Assembly (NCBI GenBank): GCA_010093605.1
Contig: MU004186.1
Location: 1,282,616-1,346,615 of the forward strand
Reading direction: 5' to 3'
DNA length: 64,000 nt
Source of the DNA: Lophium mytilinum
Taxonomy: Eukaryota
Numbering within the stretch: position 1 is the first letter of the stretch; each line of letters begins with the position of its first letter. Below the pieces are notes generated by a model that had not been told where the DNA came from, made no database searches, and saw only the letters and a list, made by a program, of their open reading frames with translations. Positions 23,701-32,700 of this stretch are shown in pieces. The translations under genes were made by a program, and so were the position numbers.

Positions 23701-26700
23701 CATCAAGACCGAGCTTGGGAAGCCCCTCAAGAAACCAGATAATTCCCGTAGCTACGTCCAAGAAGGGGCGTACTGGCTACGGCAAGGTCCGTACCCTGTT
23801 GAGGACCAACCTCACTACATCATCACCCCGTTCGTAAGGCGGAATATGAACAACCTCATCAGAGCGGCATCAACCAGGCGATATCCAGTCCTCATTCAAG
23901 GCCCTACCTCGTCGGGCAAGACAAGCATGATAGAGTACCTCGCCAAGAGGTCTGGTAACAAGTTTGTTCGTATAAATAACCACGAACACACGGATCTGCA
24001 AGAATACCTTGGTACTTACATCTCTGGTGCTGATGGGAAACTCATTTTTCAAGAAGGCATCCTCATCCGAGCTTTGCGCGAAGGTCATTGGATTGTCCTT
24101 GATGAGCTCAATTTAGCTCCCACGGACGTGCTAGAAGCTTTAAACAGGCTTTTGGATGACAATCGGGAGCTCTTAATTCCGGAAACGCAGGAGGTAGTAA
24201 GGCCGCATGAAGACTTCATGTTATTTGCAACACAGAATCCGGCGGGGTTGTACGGAGGTCGTAAAGCTTTGTCGCGGGCATTCAGGAACCGCTTTCTGGA
24301 ACTGCATTTCGACGACATTCCAGTGGAGGAGTTGACAGAGATTCTACACAGAAGGACACAGATACCTGAGTCATGGTGCAAACGTATCGTCAAAATCTAC
24401 GAGGAGCTTTCAGCGTTGCGCCAAGAGAACCGTCTGTTTGAACAAAAGAGTTTTGCAACGCTCCGGGACTTGTTTCGTTGGGCTCTTCGAAAGGCAGAAA
24501 GCGTTCAGGATCTGGCTGTAAATGGATACATGCTCCTTGCTGAAAGAGTCCGGAAACCCGAAGAACGACAGGCGGTCAAGAAAATCATCGAAACTGTGAT
24601 GAGCAAAGGAGGAGCCCGTGTTAGTATTGACGAAAGAAGCCTCTACAGTGCCGAAAAATCTTCGGAGCTACAATTTTACCGTGACCGGGTGGGTACTAAC
24701 GATTCTGCGGTTTGGACTGGGGCGATGCGTCGTTTGTTCGTCCTCGTTGCGCATGCTATTAGTAACAACGAACCTGTATTGCTGGTAGGAGACACTGGTT
24801 GCGGAAAAACTACAGTCTGCCAATTACTGGCCGAAGCCTGTGGAAAACAGCTACATATTGTCAACGCCCATCAAAACACGGAAACGGGCGACCTAATTGG
24901 GGCCCAACGACCGATCCGGAATCGAGCGGCCATAGAATCGGATCTACATCGCCGTCTCCTTGTCGATCTAGACGCTGTGGGAGTCAAGTTAGCTCCTTCT
25001 GAAATGGATCTAGGGCGTTTACTCGCTCTCTATGATCAACTCGACTATGACACTCTGAGTCTGATACCTATAGATCATCGCGAGGAGATCAAAACCAATC
25101 GGACGAAAGCCGCAGCTCTCTTTGAGTGGGCAGACGGCAGCTTGGTTCATGCGATGAAAGAAGGCCAGTTCTTTCTACTTGATGAAATATCTCTCGCCGA
25201 CGACTCTGTCTTGGAACGTCTTAACAGTGTTCTCGAACCTCAACGTACATTACTTCTGGCCGAAAAGGGACTTGTAGATTCTCTTATTGTTGGGTGTGAG
25301 GGTTTTCAATTCCTTGCAACGATGAATCCCGGAGGTGACTATGGCAAAAAAGAGCTCTCGCCGGCTTTACGAAACCGATTTACCGAGATTTGGGTACCGT
25401 CTTTGTCTGATGTCAATGATATCGTCCAGATAGTGCGCGCAAAGCTGAACCCAGAGGCGCTACAGTATGCGGAGTCAATGGTGTCTTTCGCACAGTGGTT
25501 CAACCAGAAGTACAACACATCGGTTACATCTTCGGTTTCAATTCGAGACACCCTTGCATGGGTTAACTTCATCAATGGCTGCCAGAGCTCAGACACCTTG
25601 TTTGGCGTAGTCCATGGTGCCGCCATGGTTTTTGTGGATACTCTTGGCGCCAACCCCGCTGGTCTATTAGCCATTTCTTCTTCCAGGATCGATGTGGAGA
25701 GACAAGAATGCCTCCGTCAGCTTAGCGAACTCTTAGACATAGATGCTTCTCATATCTACTTCGAAGACATCACGATGACCGCTTCAGATGACCAGCTTAC
25801 CCTTGGGTCATTCTCAATTCCAAAAGTCCAAATCACACAAGAGGACCGATCCTTTTCGCTAGACGCCCCTACTACGAGGTCGAATGCTATGAGAGTCGTA
25901 AGGGCCCTCCAATTATCCAAATCAATACTGCTCGAAGGAAATCCAGGAGTTGGCAAGACCACGCTTGTTACAGCCATAGCCAGAGCTGTTGGCAGACCTC
26001 TGGCGCGTTTGAACCTCTCCGAGCAAACGGATTTGATGGACCTGTTTGGTTCTGACGTCCCGATAGAAGGTGCGCAAGCTGGAACTTTCGCGTGGCGGGA
26101 CGCTCCATTCTTGAAAGCTATGAAGCGTGGAGAATGGGTACTGCTAGACGAGATGAACTTGGCCTCACAGTCTGTTCTAGAAGGTCTCAATGCGGTCCTG
26201 GACCATCGCGGCGAAGTCTACATCTCCGAACTGGATCAGACTTTCCATAAGCATCCAGATTTCCGCGTTTTCGCAGCACAAAATCCGCATCACCAGGGAG
26301 GCGGACGGAAAGGTTTACCGGCTTCATTCGTCAACCGGTTCACTGTGGTCTATGCTGATATCTTCAAGCCTGAAGACTTGATGCTCATATGCAAGCAGGT
26401 CTATCCTCAGTTCAATCCCGAGGAAGCTTCTAAGCTGATTACCTTCGTTGCTGAGCTTGATGAGCAGGTCGTCAATCTTCGAAAGTTTGGAACTTACGGC
26501 AGTCCATGGGAGTTTAATTTACGCGATACTCTTCGCTGGCTCCAGCTGCTCACAACTACAGACGGCCTTTTACCCTCGGGAAATGCCAGAGACTTTCTGG
26601 ACACAATTTTCACGCAAAGATTCAGGAACGAAGCTGATAGAAACCAAGTAGTAGATCTATTCTGCGCCACCTATGGTATTCAGCAAGCTCGGAAAAGCTA

Positions 26701-29700
26701 CTACCACAACCTTGGCCTTGATACCTTGCAGGTGGGGATGGGTTTCCTCAAAAGGAACAATCGTCTCGCGCCTTGCAAAGACACGCAAATGCTGCACAAA
26801 TCTCGATATGCGGCAGCAGAGTCACTGATGATTTGCGCGCAAAAGAACTGGCCGGTGATCCTTGTCGGTCCTTCAGGGTCTGGCAAATCGAGCCTTGTAA
26901 CCCATATCGCAGGAGCTACCGGAGCTACCCTTGTCACATTTGCAATGAATGCCGATATAGATGCTATGGACCTCGTCGGAGGGTTTGAGCAAGTGGACCC
27001 GGCACGACAGATCCACCGATACATTGCCAAGCTGAAGTCTTTCGTTCAATCCCGACTTGTAGAAGACCAGAGCTCTCAGTCGTCTCTATATTACCTCACT
27101 ATTCTGATGCACATTAATCTATCCCTCACTAATATTAGCTCGGACTTGTTCTCACTACTCGAAATGGCCGCTCGAGAGGACTCTCAATGTGTACAGTTGT
27201 TTGAGGAGTTACGTTACTTACAGAGTTCGTCCAACGTCATTGACGGCGGTCGTTTCCAATGGGTGGATGGGATTCTTGTGCAAGCTTTAGAAGAGGGCAG
27301 CTGGCTCGTGCTTGATAACGCGAACCTATGCAGCGCTTCCGTCTTGGACCGGCTCAATTCTCTACTTGAGCCAGATGGATACTTGAGCATCAACGAACAC
27401 CCTACAGAAGATGGGGAAGCTAGAGTAGTCAGGCCGCATCCCAACTTTAGGATTATACTGACTATGGATGCTCGCTACGGAGAACTGTCGCGAGCAATGA
27501 GGAATAGGGCCGTGGAAATCTTTCTTTTGGCAGAGTCATCCACGACGTTACATTCTCATCCAGTCATTGCTTATCCAATGGAGTCCTCGATGTACCGGTT
27601 TCGGCACTTCACTACACGTGCTACAGAGCACCCTTCTCTGCCGACAAGTCAACTTGGCCTAGCTTTCGATCATCTTTCAATAGGTGATATGAGTTACGCC
27701 CAGAGTTTCGCCACCGACGTTAGCAAAGGCTTGATTTCGAATGAAGCCATACGCACACATACTCATTTTACGAATGGTAGTACTAACGGAATCATAAGCA
27801 AACACGCTGCTATATCGAGAGAAGACGATATGCTGGTAAAGCCGAACGGAGTTGCCCAGCCCTTTTCAATACAAGAACGGCTGGATGCTCTCTTACAGGC
27901 TCTGGACAGTTGGGTTCCAAAAGGAAAAGAAATGTACACCAAGATTGCGACGGAAGTAGGCCTCAGTTGGAGCTTTGCAATCTCGCAGTCATATCATCCG
28001 CTGAACAACGAAGTTGTTGTGTGTCGAGATACTAATTTAACAGACGCTGCAATCAGTGCCTCCTGGATCTGTAGCTTTGTCTTCGAAATTGAAAAGATGA
28101 AAACTGCACTAGATTGGATGCCGACACGATCTTTAGAGCGAAGGCCAGAGAAAAACAGGATTCCAGAATTTCTGCTCGCTCTCTGGCAAGCTCTCTCGAC
28201 TTGGCTGGAGCATGTTTGGCAAGCAGGGTCGCTCCCTCCGCTCCTAGACTCTCTCAGCCGGATGAAGACCCTCTTTTGGGAACTCTACAACATGTCAATA
28301 GCAACGGGCTTTGACCGAGCGACCCTGCATACCTATGTGGCAATGCTCGTTGATCTTTCGATATCATTACAGCAATTCGACCAGCCCACAGCCATTATGT
28401 CCAGCACAATCGCCACAAGCTTAACGGTATTTCGGTCCGGAACTCATTTGACCAGTGGTCTTTGTATGGAGCGTGTGTGGTTGCGATTCAAGCCAACCAC
28501 GTCGACATCCACCTCGGCCCTAGATACTCTTCTCAAGCTGGAGGCTCTAGCCGATCGGTTCGACGCTATTATTTGGCGGTCGCATGTTTCGTTTGACGAC
28601 CTAGCTCGAACACGAGAAACCTTTTCTAGTGCAATAGGGTTGCTACAGGAAGTCGACCTTGACGGAGAAGAACTAGTTACAAGCCTTGAAAGTGGTGTCC
28701 ATGATCTAGAGCAGAAGGTCGTCAAGGACGACTACCAAATTACGCCTTACTTCGAGCAAGTCTTTGAAGGTGTATGTCAATTTCTAGACCTGCTTTCATC
28801 CGATAACAGCGGCCTCGATTACCAGTCGCGAGCATCGCGCTCAATGGCATCACTTCTGGCAAGAAGGCCGACCAAGTCGGCTATGACCTCAACGGGAGGC
28901 AACCCCCCTCTGCGATTTTTTCACCTTTGCAGTTACCTTGGGATTCGAACTCCTGGTGGCAAAGACATCGCGCTCTCAAACCAGTTTCAAGCTGCTGCGC
29001 TTGATAAACTGACCCACGTTGAGAGTGTCTCGTTGAGACAGTTGGACTCTTTTGAGTTTGAACTTAACCTTCTTGGGCAGGTGATTGGCTCAGAGAGCCA
29101 AAGCCTGGCCCATGATCAATTCCTGACTCTCAAAGAACATCTTGGGGCCTTGACACACGAGTTAGCCGCTATTGTTGAAACCTACAGCGACGATAAGCCA
29201 GGCGACACCAAGTCTCAGAGTTTCATCAATACAAACCTAGGACAGTGTTTGGAATACTCGACACTCGCAGAAGAAGACCTATCAAACATATCCACTGCAT
29301 CGAAGGCTTGGATCAGCCTCGCGTTGGCAGGCATTAAGCTCTACATACCAGATCGACCTTTTGATCCGGCCCTTCGACCGATGATGGAACGTCGCTTCTT
29401 CAACGACCATAAAGCGGGGCTAGAAGAGAAACTGAATGCTCTTCAAGGTTTCGAACAACATTTCACCGGCAACGAAACTACCTTGCGCATCCGTCTTGCG
29501 CGACAAGAGCTGCAGGCCTTGGGAGAAGAGCCGCAGGTTGCCGCTGTCGTAAGGCCTGATGTCTCAGAGCTTGAGGTTTTACAAGGAGAACTCGACAATT
29601 TGCTCAATGTTGTACGACCCTTACTTGAAGGTACTGCTACTGCAGAAGACCTTTCTCGGGACCATACCTTTCGCCAGAACATTTCTCATATCATTCGACG

Positions 29701-32700
29701 CTTGACTGAGGGATATCGCTATTATGACGACATCACTGGTCCTGCTGTAGGTTTCTTGCTCTGCTTGAATATTGGGCTGAGTCTCGCAGCCCAAAGCCAC
29801 CTGGTGCACAAACCATCTTCCGAAGCAGTAGCCTACCTATCAGCACACACTCCCTTCTTGGGTCTCAATCGGCACGAAGTCAATGCAAGCTTTTATGAGG
29901 CTGAACTTGGGAATGTCCTGAAGCAGAGGCACCCGGATACGGACTTACGATGGCATTTCTTGCAACACATGGCCATCGATGTTGCTATGATGGCTCCCTT
30001 TGGGTGCTCTGAACTGCATAATCTTACACACGATGTGTTCTCGAGCTTTTTCACCGAGTGGAAAGAACGACTTCAGCTGGACCAAGAAAAAGAAGCCGCA
30101 GATCACAGCCTATACACATATCGTGGTGGCGACGACGACGAGGACAACGACGAGGAAGATCTGTCGTTGTTCCCAGATTATGAGAGAGAGGTTGACGACT
30201 CAGTTCCTGTGTCTTCGAGACTTTCACAAGACCTGGTAGTTCGCTTATCCGATCTTCATGAAAAGATATTCCTTGGAAGCTACTCAGGCCCAGAGATGAC
30301 CAAAGATCTCCTTCACTGGTCTACTAGAGAGATTGGCAAGCTTACCAAGAAAGACACAGATTGTGCCTTCAAGTCTAGCCCTGAAGATATGCTACCAGCT
30401 ATCTTTGTCGAGATTGGCCGGGGAATCGATACTCTATCGACCGGCGGAGTGGCACGAAACTACAACTTCTATTTCGACCCCAACATCGTGCAAGGCAAGA
30501 GATTCATCAACCTCATTCACAAGCTACAACATCGCTATCGACAGATTAGAGAAGTATGGCCTGAACACGCGACCCTTGGAGAAGTTCTGCGAACTTGCGA
30601 CGAAGCCCTTGCCTTTGGACACACCGAACCAGTCGCCAAATTTCTGACCAAGGCAGAGAAGCTTCATAGCTACGTGTACGAGTGGCAAAGGGTGACTAGC
30701 AGAGAATTCAGCACGTCGGCTCTTTATGACGAGTTGACCAACCTTCTAGTCAGCTGGAGACAACTAGAGCTGACGACATGGGCTCGTCTGTTTGACATCG
30801 AGATGGAAAAGTGTAACAATGCTGCAAAGAGCTGGTGGTTCATCGCCTACGAAACCATAGTTGCTGCTCCTGAATCCCTACAGTCTGCTGATGTACGGTC
30901 GCATGCTAAGGGGCTTTTGAAAGCTTTGGAAGGCTTCTTCTCATCAACGACCATTGGCCAATTCAGCCAACGGCTTCTTCTTCTCAAACAATTCTCGAAC
31001 CACGTCAAGCTACGCATACAAGAAGCCCCTTTGCTGCAGACAATTAATCTGGCACTAGAGAACTTCATCTCGTATTACTCAAAGTTCAAGGCTCAGGTAC
31101 AAGAAACACTTGCCAAGGGACGCAAGGTGCTCGAGAAGCAAATGAAGGAAGTCATTCTACTGGCTAGCTGGAAAGATACCAATATCGAAGCACTGAAGCA
31201 AAGTGCAAAGACTTCGCATCGCAAGCTGACGAAACTTGTACGGAAATTCAGGGCCTTGTTGAATCAATCGTTCGCCGGTGTTCTGAGCAAGGGGTTCCCA
31301 GACCTTGGGGCTCTTTCGCCTCTTCAAGGCAACCCCGAAGTCGCGACAGCTCACGTGGACCATGCTCTCATAGAAAAAATCTGCAGCATCCATGTGCCGG
31401 ACTGGAACTCAAGGCAATCTCGATTCAAGAATATCCCAGTCACCATTTCAATCATGCGGAGCAAAAGCCAACCTAATCCTAGCAGCCTGAATGCCTCCGA
31501 ACAAGTCAATGACTTCATTACGGAACTAGAGTCGTCCATCGCAGAACTGCAAAAGGCTACGCCGGCTTACTTAACGGAGGAGAACAAGACTGAAGTAAAG
31601 CACCTCAAGTCTAGAAAACGCAAACTCTTCGTGGACACCCTAAAGACACTGAAGGAGATGGGTTTCAAGTGGAACTTTGGTACCGATGCGCTCGAAAACC
31701 AGGACTCGTTATCGACTGTCTTAGCCAGATTACCAGCTCTACCCACAAGCGGGGGTACAGTGACTGCTGCTGAGAGCCACCTCTATCAAACCTTGAGTAT
31801 CATGCAACAAGTCCGGGAAGTGGCAAAGGAACATCCTGGAGATTTGACGGGTGAGCAAGTAGCCCGAGCTATTGGATTTCTCGAGAGCTTGCTACAGTCA
31901 AGCATTCGACAACGAACGACGTTGGCTAGGACCGTGGAGACCTCCCAGTCAACATTGAGCAACCTTTCTGTTTACCAAGCACTCAAGGATCCCATTTCTC
32001 GTATCTCGCAACTCGGCACGCCTGAAGAACGCGACCTCTTACGAACTCCTCATGCACAAGTGGAAGATGGACAATCGCTGCTTAATGTTGTCCAGTGGCT
32101 AGTGGTGATTCTAGATGTTGGTATCGATCTAATCAATACTCAAGCTAAGCTTGCCAAGCTTGAGCTGTCGTCAGTTACCACGGGTCTTGCGACGTGGAAA
32201 ATCACGTTCGAGAAACTTCTGTCAGAAGGCAGTAGTCTTCCTAGTCTGCCAGAGAACATATCGACAGGAGATCATGTCAGGATTTACAAATTATTTGGAC
32301 AGAGCTTGTACGATCTTGAAAGCGATATCAAGAAGTGGATTGGGGACTTCCCAGTGGCAAAGTGCACGCTGAAGCAGATCCTACCTTTCGTACAGTTTGA
32401 GTTTACAACATCCTCGAGCGAAACTGATCAGGCGACCTACATCACCGTCAAGGACATGACCTCCCAGATACTCACTACTGTCGATAAGATTCTCGGTTCC
32501 ATGCAAGACGTCGAATCGGCTCTCGCTAACTTGCCATTATCTCCCGAAGATCCCGCCTGGTTCATCAAAGAAGAGAACGTCCTATCTAAGACTATCAACG
32601 CAATGCAAGTTCCAATGATTGCCGGAGAACTTCAAGGCTTGGCGGACTCTATCCAAAAAGTACAAGACACGGATACAACCAACAGCGGTATCAAGATAAT